A stretch of 64,000 nt of DNA from Vicinamibacteria bacterium (GCA_016934575.1 JAFGSN010000121.1:37309-101308); one strand, 5' to 3'; counted from the stretch's first letter, positions 36,570 through 46,402 are shown. Program-made: numbers and translations. The notes: a model not told the origin generated them from the letters alone.

Positions 36570-38201
36570 ATGCGCCTCAGGTTGACCCTCGTCATTCTTT
36601 GCCTGGCCGCCGCGGCGCCGGCCTCGCGTCCGGCCGCCGCCTGCACCAACATCCTCGTCGCCAAGGGCGCAAGCGCCGACGGCTCGACCTTCATCACCTT
36701 CTCGGCCGACTCGCACTCGCTGTACGGGGAGCTCGTCTTGACGCCCGCGGGCGTCTTCGGACCGGAGGCCACGCGCGATATCTTCGAATGGGACACCGGC
36801 AAGTTCCTCGGACGCGTCCCGCAAGCGGCCACGACTTACTCCGTCGTGGGACTCATGAACGAGCATCAGCTCGCCATCGGTGAAACGACGTTCACCGGCC
36901 GCAAGGAGCTCCATGGACCGGCGGGAATACTCGATTACGGCAGTCTCATGTTCATCGCGCTCGAGCGCGCCCGAACCGCGCGTGAAGCGATCAGCGTCAT
37001 TGCCGATCTCGTGGAGCAGCACGGCTACGCATCGACCGGCGAGTCCATGTCGATCTCGGATCCGAACGAGGTCTGGATCCTCGAAATCATCGGCAAAGGC
37101 GCGGGCCAAAAGGGCGCCGTCTGGGTGGCGCGGCGCGTGCCCGACGGTCACGTCTCGGCCCATGCGAACCAGGCGCGCATCCGCAACTTCCCGCGAAACA
37201 GCCCTGATTGCCTCTACTCGAAGGACGTGGTCTCGTTCGCCCGCGACAAGGGGTGGTTCGAGGGCCGCGACGAGGATTTCAGCTTCGCCGACGCCTATGC
37301 TCCCCTGAATTTCGAGTCGCAGCGCTTCTGCGAGGCGCGCGTATGGAACGTCTTCCGCCTCATAGCCCCTTCGCTCGGCCTTCCAGACGATTACGCTCGC
37401 GGCGTGAAGGGCGCGACTCCTCTTCCGCTATGGATCAAGCCTGATCGCAAGCTCGGCGTGCGCGACGTCATGGCGCTCATGCGCGATCATTTCGAGGGGA
37501 CGCCGTTCGATATGACGAAGGACGTCGGCGCCGGACCCTTCGCCTGCCCTTATCGCTGGCGGCCCTTGACCTGGGAAGTTGACGGCAAGAAATACATCAA
37601 TGAGCGCGCCGTCTCGACGCAGCAAACCGGTTTTTCATTCGTCGCTCAATCGCGCGACTGGCTGCCGGATCCCATCGGCGGGGTCTATTGGTACGGCGTC
37701 GACGACACTTACTCGACGGTCTATGCGCCAATGTACTGCGGCATACGTCGACCGCCGCGGACGTTCGGCCCGGGAGTCGCCTCGCTCGGCCGCTTCTCGT
37801 GGGATTCGGCGTTCTGGGTCTTCAACTGGGTTGCGAACTTCGCTTACTCGCGCTACAGCGACATGATCGTCGACATCCAGAACGTCCAGCGCGAGATGGA
37901 AGGACGCTTCCTCGCCGAGCAGCCGCACGTCGAGGAGGCGGCGCGCACCCTTTATCGGCAAGCGCCCGAGCTGGCGCGCGATTATCTGACTCGCCACTGC
38001 ATCGAGGCCGGCGACGACGTCACTGCGCGCTGGCGTCGGCTCGGCGAGGACCTTCTCGTCAAGTACATGGACGGCAACGTCAAGGACGCCAAAGGCGAGC
38101 CCACGCATCCTCCCTATCCCGACGCTTGGTATCGTCGCATCGTCCAGGAGCATGGAGACGTCCTGCTCGTGCCCGAGGAAGAGCAACAACTGACGCATTG
38201 A
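36570..38201 (+). CDS. secreted C69-family dipeptidase (Cys N-terminal nucleophile)
   Basis: A signal peptide ends ...PAAAC, immediately followed by TNILVAKGASADGSTFITFSADSH, a typical C69/Ntn start. The ATG at 36570 has an AAGGAG RBS 9 nt upstream. The track's TTG at 36561 is less likely. Confidence 0.75.
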   Translation: MRLRLTLVILCLAAAAPASRPAAACTNILVAKGASADGSTFITFSADSHSLYGELVLTPAGVFGPEATRDIFEWDTGKFLGRVPQAATTYSVVGLMNEHQLAIGETTFTGRKELHGPAGILDYGSLMFIALERARTAREAISVIADLVEQHGYASTGESMSISDPNEVWILEIIGKGAGQKGAVWVARRVPDGHVSAHANQARIRNFPRNSPDCLYSKDVVSFARDKGWFEGRDEDFSFADAYAPLNFESQRFCEARVWNVFRLIAPSLGLPDDYARGVKGATPLPLWIKPDRKLGVRDVMALMRDHFEGTPFDMTKDVGAGPFACPYRWRPLTWEVDGKKYINERAVSTQQTGFSFVAQSRDWLPDPIGGVYWYGVDDTYSTVYAPMYCGIRRPPRTFGPGVASLGRFSWDSAFWVFNWVANFAYSRYSDMIVDIQNVQREMEGRFLAEQPHVEEAARTLYRQAPELARDYLTRHCIEAGDDVTARWRRLGEDLLVKYMDGNVKDAKGEPTHPPYPDAWYRRIVQEHGDVLLVPEEEQQLTH

Positions 38202-38243
38202 CCCCGTATTCTCACGGCCCCGCTATCTCCTCTGGTCCGGTTC

Positions 38244-39389
38244 GTGGCTCGAATCACTCCTCTCACGCCGACGATCGATCTCACGCGGCGACGCGGCAAG
38301 CTCGGCTTTCGCAGCCGATTACGTCACGCGCATCGTCACGTCTTCACGCTCGATCTCTACTCGCACCTGAGAGAAAAGCATCCCGAAACGCACGTGGGCT
38401 GGTGGCGTTTTCCGCTTCCCGAGGGCGAGTCCGAGACGACAATCGGCATCGACCTCACGTCGATCGGACCGGATTCGCTCTGGAAGGAAGGGCCGATCGG
38501 ACGGGAATCAGCGCTCGACTCCTGGTCGAATCCTGAATACGCCTTCGATCCGATCATCGGGATTCAGCTCGTCCTGCGCTCGGCGAAGGGTCGCGTGGTT
38601 GAGAACCGCTTCGTGGCGGGCAGGATCGCCGATCCCGACGTGTTGCGCTCTTATTACCATCGAGTGCACGCCGCACACGGCTACACGCCGACCGAGCCGT
38701 TCCTCTTCGAGCTGCACGAAGCGATGCTACGCAGGTTGTCCGGATTGTTCTCACTCCATATCCCGCGGGGAGGCCGCGTCCTCGACGCGGGTTGCGGCCG
38801 GAGCCTCTTCACGGAGATTCGACCCGATTGGCCTTTCACGATCGTGGCCGCCGATGTCGACTACGACCTTCTTGCGGCTCGCAAGAGCGTCTTCCCCGCT
38901 TTACGGTGGACCGTGTCGGAAGCCAGTCCGCTCCCTTATCGCGACGGCGCTTTCGACGCGCTCTTCGCTGGAGAGCTGATCGAGCATCTCGACGATCCGA
39001 GCGCGGCCCTGGCCGAGTTCGGGCGTGTCTTGAAACCCGGAGGCGTCCTCATCCTGACGACTCCCAACCGCCTACGGTTGGCCAACGTCGCGGACCGCTC
39101 CGAACGTCCTTACAGCCCCGATCATCTGAGCGAGCTGTCCTTTGACGAGACACGCGACCTGCTGATCCGGGAGGGCTTCGAGATCCTGCGCGCCACCGGC
39201 GTCTATATCGAGTTGCTCCTCAACTGGCTTTCGGCGCTTCCCAAGCTTGACCGCCTGCAACGTCGCTGGAACAAACGCTGGGCGATTCCATTAATGCGGC
39301 TGCTGTTCTCTGCCGGCGCGCTGGCGCCGCGCTACGCCCTGGATCTCATCTTCGTGGCACGGCGGAAGACGGGCTCCGCGCCTAGATGA
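38244..39389 (+). CDS. class I SAM-dependent methyltransferase with an N-terminal ~160-aa domain of unknown function
   Basis: MTase motif I (VLDAGCGRSLF) and post-III (VLKPGGVLILTTPN) lie in the C-terminal half. The start is uncertain. Confidence 0.58.
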   Translation: MARITPLTPTIDLTRRRGKLGFRSRLRHAHRHVFTLDLYSHLREKHPETHVGWWRFPLPEGESETTIGIDLTSIGPDSLWKEGPIGRESALDSWSNPEYAFDPIIGIQLVLRSAKGRVVENRFVAGRIADPDVLRSYYHRVHAAHGYTPTEPFLFELHEAMLRRLSGLFSLHIPRGGRVLDAGCGRSLFTEIRPDWPFTIVAADVDYDLLAARKSVFPALRWTVSEASPLPYRDGAFDALFAGELIEHLDDPSAALAEFGRVLKPGGVLILTTPNRLRLANVADRSERPYSPDHLSELSFDETRDLLIREGFEILRATGVYIELLLNWLSALPKLDRLQRRWNKRWAIPLMRLLFSAGALAPRYALDLIFVARRKTGSAPR

Positions 39390-39780
39390 CTCGCAATAGT
39401 CGTAGGAAAATGACCATGAAGACAGCGCCCGTGGTAACGGCATCGATCGCCTGAACGTTGACGACCTTGACGATGGTCCGGATCCAACGCTCGCTATACT
39501 ATAGACAATCCTCGCGGCAATGAGAAAGTAAACAAGAACCGCGGCATGTATGATGGCGCTCACGATGTTGAGATCAAATCGCAGCAACGTCCTGACGCCT
39601 GTCATAGCGCTGGCGATGAGCATCCGTCGAGATGAACGGTCTCATGGAAAACGTCGTGAAAAATTACGAACGAGACGAATATCATCCCGCATCACACGCT
39701 TCTGGCCGCAAACGTGGCAATAATCGCCCGCGAGCGCGGCGCCGCAATTGGCGCACTCAGTGCCCATCGCCGTCATTCGT

Positions 39781-41238
39781 TCAAACGACGCTCTTGAGCA
39801 ACGTCGTCAGGAATTTCCAGAACTTCGGAACGCTTTCGATATGGATTTTTTCTTCCGGCGAGTGGACGTCCTGGAGCGTGGGCCCGATCGAGATCATGTC
39901 CATTCCCCGATATTTCTCGCCGATGATGCCGCACTCGAGCCCGGCATGAACGGCCTTGACCTCGGGCGCCTTTCCATAAAGCGATTCATATGCAGCGATG
40001 GCCCGCTTGAGAATGGGCGAGCCCATGTCGGGCTTCCACCCCGGATAACCGTCTCCTTGCGCCACTTGCGCGCCGCCCAGCTCGAAGACGACCTTCGCCG
40101 TCCGTGCGATCTCCTGGATCTCCGAAGCGACGGAGCTGCGCTGGCTGGTATCAAGCGCGATCCTGTCGCCGCTCGTCTTGATGACGGCGACGTTTGTCGA
40201 GGTCTCGACGAGTCCGGCGATTTCGGCGCTCATCTTGATGACGCCGTGCGGCAGGGCGCAGATCGTATGCATGATCTGCTTCTGCAGCTTGCGCTTCAAA
40301 ACGCGAGCGGCGGCGTCTTGTGCTTCCGTAAGAGTAACGTTCAAGTCGGGCTCGACCGCCTTGAACTCGTCTCGGATCGTCGTGTTCCATCCCGCCGTGA
40401 TTTTCTTGGCGCGATTGACGCGCGAACGCGGCACGAAGATCAACGCAAAAGCTTCGCGCGGTATGGCGTTGCGCTTATTGCCTCCGTCGATCCGCGCCAG
40501 CCGCGCGCTCACGGCGTCGGCCAGCGCCATGATGACGCGATTGACGATCTTCAGGGCGTTCCCGCGGCCCTTGTCGATCTCGAGTCCGGAGTGTCCGCCG
40601 CGCAAGCCGGTGACGCGCAAGTCGAGCGCGATCATATTCGGCCGGGCGTCCTCGAGAACGACATTCCAGGTTCCCATAGTGTCCAGACCGCCGGCGCATC
40701 CGACATAGATCTCGCCTTCCTCCTCCGAATCGAGGTTGAGCAGGATGCGGCTCTTGACGAAATCCGATTTCAGGTGATGCGCGCCCGTCAAGCCCGTCTC
40801 TTCGTCGACGGTGAACAACAGCTCCAGCGGACCATGATCGAGCGAGCGATCCTCCATCACCGCCAAGGAAGTCGCGACGCCGATGCCGTTGTCGGCGCCG
40901 AGCGTCGTGCCGTCGGCCTTCAGAATGTCGCCCTGTCGTACCAGCTCGATCGGATCCTTGGCGAAGTCATGCGCCTTGTCGGCGTTCTTCTCGCAGACCA
41001 TGTCGAGATGCGATTGGAGGCAGACGCCGGGCGCGCGCTCGCGACCGAACGAAGCCGGCTTGCGCACGACGACGTTGCCGAAGTCGTCGCGCTCGCCGTC
41101 AAGGCCCATCTCCCGGGCCGAGTCCAGCACGAATTGCGCGGCCGCGGCCTCGTTCTTGGATCCGCGCGGAATACGCGAGATCGCGGCGAAGTGCTTCCAC
41201 ACTAGTCCGGGCTCAAGCCCCTCGATCGCGGATGACAT
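39781..41238 (-). CDS. pepD: aminoacyl-histidine (Xaa-His) dipeptidase, M20 family
   Basis: PepD N-terminus (LEPGLVWKHFAAISRIPRGSKNE) and an M20 metal-binding region (HLDMV, DNGIGVA). The ATG at 41238 has AGGAGG 6 nt upstream. The track ORF is over-extended to 41322. Confidence 0.8.
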   Translation of the reverse strand: MSSAIEGLEPGLVWKHFAAISRIPRGSKNEAAAAQFVLDSAREMGLDGERDDFGNVVVRKPASFGRERAPGVCLQSHLDMVCEKNADKAHDFAKDPIELVRQGDILKADGTTLGADNGIGVATSLAVMEDRSLDHGPLELLFTVDEETGLTGAHHLKSDFVKSRILLNLDSEEEGEIYVGCAGGLDTMGTWNVVLEDARPNMIALDLRVTGLRGGHSGLEIDKGRGNALKIVNRVIMALADAVSARLARIDGGNKRNAIPREAFALIFVPRSRVNRAKKITAGWNTTIRDEFKAVEPDLNVTLTEAQDAAARVLKRKLQKQIMHTICALPHGVIKMSAEIAGLVETSTNVAVIKTSGDRIALDTSQRSSVASEIQEIARTAKVVFELGGAQVAQGDGYPGWKPDMGSPILKRAIAAYESLYGKAPEVKAVHAGLECGIIGEKYRGMDMISIGPTLQDVHSPEEKIHIESVPKFWKFLTTLLKSVV

Positions 41239-41365
41239 ATCAGACCTCCTTCTCGAACGGCGTTCGACGCCTTCGACAGACTCTATCACGCGCACAGCGA
41301 ATCGCGGAGCGTTCGCGCGCACGATCCGCTCGACCGTAGGCGCATGATTCGCCTATGATGTTTTG

Positions 41366-43009
41366 ATGACCATGGCGACTCCGTGTCCACGCACGCCGCG
41401 CCTGATCGATTTCGGCGATCTGCCCACGCCTCCCAGCGCGCTCTTTCGAGACTACGTGGCCAGCCGTTCCGGCGCCCTCGAGTTCTTTGCGAGCGACTGG
41501 AGCCCAGACGCGATTCTTGAAGCGGCGCGACGCGCCGTGTCACATGAACGCCCGCGCGCGGCCGTCGCCAAGGCGCTCGTCCGCCAACAGAGCGCTCGCG
41601 GCGCCAGGGCGGCCGAGTGCGCGGCGCGGTCCCTGGCCGACGACAGGTGCATCGCCGTCGTCACCGGCCAGCAGCCGGTTCTCTTTGGCGGCCCGATGCT
41701 CGTTCTATACAAGGCGCTCGCGATCAGGCGACTCGCCGCGTTCTTGCGCGAGAGATGGGACGGTCCGGTCGTTCCCGTTTTCTGGATTGCCTCGGACGAC
41801 CATGATTTCGAAGAGGTCCGGACAATCACCGTCTTCGACGCGGAAGAACGACCCGGGGAGCTACGATACGCTCCGCATGACGATCCGGGCGGACGTCCGA
41901 CGTCAAGCATCGTCCTTGACGCGACAATCACGGAAACGCTAAACATCCTACGCTCCTTGTTGCCTCGGACATCCTGGAGCGACGCCCTGATCGATCAGCT
42001 CGCGGCGGCTTATCAGCCCGGCCGGGCTCTTTCCGACGCCTTCGGCCTGTTGCTCTCCGCGCTGACGCCCGACGTCGTACTCCTCGATCCCGGCGACGCC
42101 GCGCTCAAGTCGCTCATGACGGAGCTGTTCGTCCGGGAGGCCGTCGAGCGCTCGCCGGTTTCGCGCATGGCCGCCGGCGTCGGTGAGCGTCTACGGGCTG
42201 CCGGTTATCATGAACAGGTTCCGCTCCGTTCCGGATATCTCAGCCTATTCTGGTCCGAGGACGGCGCGAGACGAGCGCTCGCCGTACACGCAGACTCAAT
42301 CGAGGTGCGCGGCACGAATCGGCGCCTGTCGTTCGACGATCTCGCGTCGCTCGTTCGCGCACGCCCCGAGCATTGGAGTCCGGGCGCTCTCCTGCGGCCT
42401 CTCGCTCAGGATCTCTTGCTGCCGACCGCCGTATACGTCGGCGGTCCGGCCGAGATCGCCTATCACGCGCAGCTCGGCGCCGCATATGCGGATTTCGGCG
42501 TCTCGCGCCCCGTCGTTTTTCCGCGTCCAAGCGTCACGTTGCTCACGCCGTCGAACGTCCGAGCGCTGGAATCGGAGAGGCTCTCGTTGACGCAGGCCCT
42601 GGGAGACGTCGAGCAACTGGTCTCCGAGCGGGCGCGCCAGGAGCATCCAGCGGTCGAGTCGTCGTTCGCGAGCATCCGGCGCGCTCTCGAACGCGAGATG
42701 TCAACCGTGAGCGCCGCCGTGAGCGCCGTCGACCCGACTCTCGAGGCGGCGGCCGAAACGACTCTCGGACGCGCTTGGCACCCGATCGCCGCGCTGCATG
42801 AAAAGGCCCTGCGCGCCGTCAAGCGCCGCGAGCAAACGCGCGCCACGCGGTTGCGACGCGCGCACGACATGCTGCTTCCGGGAAGCGAGCTTCAAGAGCG
42901 TCGCATCGCGCTGTGTTCGTATCTCGCGCGTCATGAACCGTCATGGATCGGCGACCTCGAAGCGCGTCTCGATCCATGGGCGCGCGCGCATCAGGTGATC
43001 GAGCTTTGA
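41366..43009 (+). CDS. bshC: bacillithiol biosynthesis cysteine-adding enzyme BshC
   Basis: BshC/YllA family signatures align to B. subtilis BshC: VVTGQQPVLFGGPMLVLYK, VPVFWIASDDHDFEE, LRPLAQDLLLPTAVYVGGPAEIAYHAQL. The start is ATG 41366 or 41372. The TTG at 41363 is less likely. Confidence 0.78.
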   Translation: MTMATPCPRTPRLIDFGDLPTPPSALFRDYVASRSGALEFFASDWSPDAILEAARRAVSHERPRAAVAKALVRQQSARGARAAECAARSLADDRCIAVVTGQQPVLFGGPMLVLYKALAIRRLAAFLRERWDGPVVPVFWIASDDHDFEEVRTITVFDAEERPGELRYAPHDDPGGRPTSSIVLDATITETLNILRSLLPRTSWSDALIDQLAAAYQPGRALSDAFGLLLSALTPDVVLLDPGDAALKSLMTELFVREAVERSPVSRMAAGVGERLRAAGYHEQVPLRSGYLSLFWSEDGARRALAVHADSIEVRGTNRRLSFDDLASLVRARPEHWSPGALLRPLAQDLLLPTAVYVGGPAEIAYHAQLGAAYADFGVSRPVVFPRPSVTLLTPSNVRALESERLSLTQALGDVEQLVSERARQEHPAVESSFASIRRALEREMSTVSAAVSAVDPTLEAAAETTLGRAWHPIAALHEKALRAVKRREQTRATRLRRAHDMLLPGSELQERRIALCSYLARHEPSWIGDLEARLDPWARAHQVIEL

Positions 43010-43028
43010 ACCGGAGAAGCGATCGATC

Positions 43029-44201
43029 ATGAGAATCGGAATCACATGCTACCCCACCGTCGGAGGGTCCGGAGCGGTCGCCGCGGAGCTGGGCAAACAG
43101 CTCGCCCGGCGCGGGCACTCGGTGCATTTCGTCTCGTACCGTTTGCCTTTCCGTCTCGGTGGATTCGACGAACATATATGTTTTCATGAAGTGGACGTCA
43201 CGACTTACAGTCTGTTCGAGTACCCTCCGCACGATCTCGCGCTCGCGGCCAAGATGGCCGAGGTTTCCCGAGATCAGTCGCTTGACCTCTTGCACGTCCA
43301 CTACGCCATCCCCCACGCCATCGCCGGTTTCCTTGCGCAGCAAATGCTGGGCGATGCGGCGCCGCGCCTCGTTACGACGCTTCACGGAACGGATATCACG
43401 CTCGTGGGCCAGGATCGCTCGTTCTTTGAAATCACTCGCTTCGGCATTGAGCGCTCGAACGGCGTCACGGCCGTCTCCCGATTCCTCGCGCGCATGACCA
43501 TGGACGAGTTCCAGGTCTCTCGCGATATCGAGGTCATCCCCAATTTCGTCGACGTCTCGCGTCACTGCGCCAATTGCTCCTGTTGTGACAGGCGCGCGCT
43601 CGCGCCGAACAGCGAGCGGATTCTGTTGCACATGTCGAACTTCCGCCCGGTTAAACGCGTCCACGACGTGATCCGCGTTCTCGAACGCGTGAACCGCGAC
43701 GTCCCCAGCGTTCTGCTCATGGTCGGCGACGGCCCGGAGCGCGCTTCGGCTCAGGCCCTGGCGCGGCGTCTGGGAGTGGCCGATCGCGTGCGTTTTCTCG
43801 GACGTCAGGACGCCGTCGAGGAGTTCACCGGCAAGGCCGACCTGTACCTCCTTCCGTCCGAGTTGGAGTCGTTCGGCCTGTCGGCGCTCGAGGCGATGGC
43901 CTGCGGCGTGCCGGTCATCGGCTCGGACGCAGGCGGCCTGCCCGAAGTGGTCGTGAACGGCGAGACGGGCTTTCTCGTTCCCGTCGGCGACATCGAGAGC
44001 ATGGCCGCGCGCGCGCGCGAGCTTCTGACGGACGAAACGCGGCGTCGTGAGATGGGAGCCGCCGCCTGCCGTCGTGTATCCAATCTGTTCAACGCCGAAA
44101 TGATCGTGACGCAGTATGAACGGCACTACGAGCGCGTCTTGGCGGGCACGACGAAAAAAGACGCCGCAGTCACAAGCGCTACTGATCGGAAAGGACAATG
44201 A
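43029..44201 (+). CDS. bshA: N-acetyl-alpha-D-glucosaminyl L-malate synthase BshA (GT4 glycosyltransferase)
   Basis: N-terminus MRIGITCYPTVGGSGAVAAELGKQLARRGH closely resembles B. subtilis BshA. The GT4 C-terminal E-x7-E region is present (ESFGLSALEAMACGVPVI). Confidence 0.82.
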   Translation: MRIGITCYPTVGGSGAVAAELGKQLARRGHSVHFVSYRLPFRLGGFDEHICFHEVDVTTYSLFEYPPHDLALAAKMAEVSRDQSLDLLHVHYAIPHAIAGFLAQQMLGDAAPRLVTTLHGTDITLVGQDRSFFEITRFGIERSNGVTAVSRFLARMTMDEFQVSRDIEVIPNFVDVSRHCANCSCCDRRALAPNSERILLHMSNFRPVKRVHDVIRVLERVNRDVPSVLLMVGDGPERASAQALARRLGVADRVRFLGRQDAVEEFTGKADLYLLPSELESFGLSALEAMACGVPVIGSDAGGLPEVVVNGETGFLVPVGDIESMAARARELLTDETRRREMGAAACRRVSNLFNAEMIVTQYERHYERVLAGTTKKDAAVTSATDRKGQ

Positions 44202-44204
44202 AGG

Positions 44205-44930
44205 ATGAGCCACGATTTCGACGTCGCCGCCATATGCGCCCATCCCGATGATGCGGATCTCATCATGGGAGGAACGCTGGCGCGCCAGACAAGGTTGGAC
44301 CGGCGCGTGGCGTTGGTGGATTTGACACGCGGCGAATCGGGCAGCCGTGGAACTCCCGAGACCCGCGCCGCCGAGGCCCAGGAAGCGGCGCGCATTCTCG
44401 GCGTCGCTCATCGCGAGTGCCTCGATTTGCCGGACGCATGTCTCGAGTCAAGCACGGAGCAGAAAAATCCCGTGGTCGAGGCGATTCGACGCCTCAGGCC
44501 GCGCGTCGTATTGCTGCAGCACTGGCGACAACGGCATCCGGATCATGCCGCCGCCGGACGGATCGCCTACGAGGCGTCGTTCCTGGCCGGCCTACGCAGT
44601 TACAGGCCTGATCTCGGTCCGCCCTACCGTCCTTTCAAGCTCATTTACGCGCTCGCGCTCACCGAGCACCATGACGTCATCCCGTCCTTCGTCGTCGACA
44701 TAACGTCGACCTGGGAAATCAAGATGAGGGCCGTACAAGCCTTTGCCAGCCAGTTCACGCCCGCGCCCGGTGAAAGCGTGCCCCTGGCCCTCGACCGCTT
44801 CCAACAGAACGTGGAGCTGGCGTCCCGCAGGCACGGCCAGCGAATCGGAGCGCTTTACGGCGAGGGATTCGTCATACGCGAGGGACTCGCCGTGAGCGAT
44901 CTGCTCTCTCTTGACGTGCCTTCTTTTTGA
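44205..44930 (+). CDS. bshB: N-acetyl-alpha-D-glucosaminyl L-malate deacetylase BshB (LmbE/PIG-L family)
   Basis: LmbE motif (VAAICAHPDDADLIMGGTLA) with His/Asp zinc ligands. It lies 3 nt after bshA. Confidence 0.78.
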   Translation: MSHDFDVAAICAHPDDADLIMGGTLARQTRLDRRVALVDLTRGESGSRGTPETRAAEAQEAARILGVAHRECLDLPDACLESSTEQKNPVVEAIRRLRPRVVLLQHWRQRHPDHAAAGRIAYEASFLAGLRSYRPDLGPPYRPFKLIYALALTEHHDVIPSFVVDITSTWEIKMRAVQAFASQFTPAPGESVPLALDRFQQNVELASRRHGQRIGALYGEGFVIREGLAVSDLLSLDVPSF

Positions 44931-45021
44931 TCCGTGTCGACCATGGTCGCGTGATTCGCGACTTCACCGTCTGTCTGGAATATAATGAAACGTCGTTCGT
45001 GACGGCCCTTCCGAACGCGTC

Positions 45022-45390
45022 ATGGTGCGGAAAACGATGATTCATCTGACGGCCGCGGCCATTGATAAAGTCAAAAACGCGATCGAGACGGAACGTGAAC
45101 GACTGCCCTCCGGCGGTCTGCGCCTCTTCATACTGGGGAACTGCTCGGGCGTTCGTCCCGGTCTTGCCCTCGATGAGGCCGCGCCCCGCGATGTCGTCTT
45201 CGAGCAGGAAGGCGTCAAGCTGATCGTCGATCCGCGCAGTCTGGAACTGCTCCAGGACGCCGTCATCGACTACCGCGAAAACGCGCTCGGAGAAGGCTTC
45301 TCGATCGAGACGGCGCATCCGCTGCCGGCCTGCGCTTGCGGCCGTCCCTGTGAAGCGAGAGTCGTTGAAGACAACGACCGTGCTTCTTGA
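45022..45390 (+). CDS. HesB/IscA-family Fe-S cluster A-type carrier-like protein
   Basis: IscA pattern LRLFILGNCSGV...VVFEQEGVKLIVDPRSLELLQDAVIDYRE...GEGFSIE...ACACG, with 3 conserved Cys. The start may be the second Met at 45037. Confidence 0.62.
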   Translation: MVRKTMIHLTAAAIDKVKNAIETERERLPSGGLRLFILGNCSGVRPGLALDEAAPRDVVFEQEGVKLIVDPRSLELLQDAVIDYRENALGEGFSIETAHPLPACACGRPCEARVVEDNDRAS

Positions 45391-45408
45391 GCGGCGGCGA
45401 AATGACTG

Positions 45409-45933
45409 TTGCTCAAAACGGCCCTGCCGGGCTCGCTGTTATGTGAGGCGCCAATGGGACTTCCTGCTGATTCGAACGAAAAGCCGAACGACGGGTTGCG
45501 GACCTTCCGCGTCATCGGCGAGACGATCCGTCTCGTGACGGATCGTCGTCTCGAGCTTTATGACCTGACCGAGCGCATCGCAGACATCGTCCGGCGCCAT
45601 GACATCAAGGAGGGCGTCGTGCTGCTCTCGTCGCTACACACGACGCTGGCCGTCTTCGTCAACGAGTGGCAGTCGGCCCTGCTCCACGATTTCAAGACGA
45701 TGCTCGAAAAAGTCGTGAGTCCGAGCGAATACTGGCGGCACAACGACCCGGAACATTCCGAATGCGACCGAGCCAACGCTCAATCTCATCTTCAGGCATC
45801 CCTGCTCGGACACGCCCTTTCCTGCCAGGTCGCCGCCGGCAAGCTCGTGCTCGGCCGCTTTCAGGCGATCATCGCCGCCGAGCTGGACGGTCCGCGCGAT
45901 CGAGATCTGGCGCTTCAGATCATCGGTCGCTGA
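45409..45933 (+). CDS. YjbQ/UPF0047 family protein (secondary thiamine-phosphate synthase-like)
   Basis: YjbQ signature TTLAVFVNEWQSALLHDF...HLQASLLGHALSCQVAAGKLVLGRFQAIIAAELDGPRDR. The likely start is ATG 45454. Confidence 0.62.
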   Translation: MLKTALPGSLLCEAPMGLPADSNEKPNDGLRTFRVIGETIRLVTDRRLELYDLTERIADIVRRHDIKEGVVLLSSLHTTLAVFVNEWQSALLHDFKTMLEKVVSPSEYWRHNDPEHSECDRANAQSHLQASLLGHALSCQVAAGKLVLGRFQAIIAAELDGPRDRDLALQIIGR

Positions 45934-46000
45934 ACGCGTCCGCGCCAGGCGAGAATCGATTCATCAAGCAAGCTGATCTCTTTTGGACGCCGTCTGCGTA

Positions 46001-46402
46001 TTAAATGCCGGCGGTCACGGTATCTCCGAAAATCTTTTTCATCACGTCCAACGCAAAGCGGGTCGAGACGGTCGCCGGCCCTCCGCCCATCTCCATTCCG
46101 ACCTCGATCGCCTCGAGAACCTCGCGCTCTGTCGCTCCTTCCTTCGCGGCTTGCGTGACATGCCACTCCATACAGGACGCACAGTCCTGAACGACGGAGA
46201 TGCCGACCGCGATCAGCTCCTTGTCCTTCTTCGTGAGCGCGCCGTCGGCGTAGGTCGCCTGCTCCATCGCCAGAAAGGCTTTGTAGACCTTCGAGTCGAG
46301 ATCGACAAGACGCGCGTGCGCCTCTCTCCTTCGCCTGCGAATCTCTTCGATTTGGTCCATGCGCGCTCCTCCTTTCCGATCGATCACCTTCGTTGTCGTC
46401 AC
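46001..46402 (-). CDS. carboxymuconolactone decarboxylase / AhpD-like family protein
   Basis: CMD-domain helix pair with a Cys-x2-Cys-x3-His motif (QDCASCMEWH). The ATG overlaps the metH stop (ATGA). Confidence 0.58.
   Translation of the reverse strand: MTTTKVIDRKGGARMDQIEEIRRRRREAHARLVDLDSKVYKAFLAMEQATYADGALTKKDKELIAVGISVVQDCASCMEWHVTQAAKEGATEREVLEAIEVGMEMGGGPATVSTRFALDVMKKIFGDTVTAGI

Noticed and set aside
39291-39623. 110-aa minus-strand ORF with a hydrophobic N-terminus
   Set aside because: It overlaps the convergent methyltransferase gene by ~100 nt, and its C-terminal half is low-complexity. It is probably spurious, although the first ~47 codons could encode a real micro-membrane-protein if a sequencing error removed a stop.
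39748-41205. Plus-strand 485-aa ORF
   Set aside because: It is antisense to pepD.
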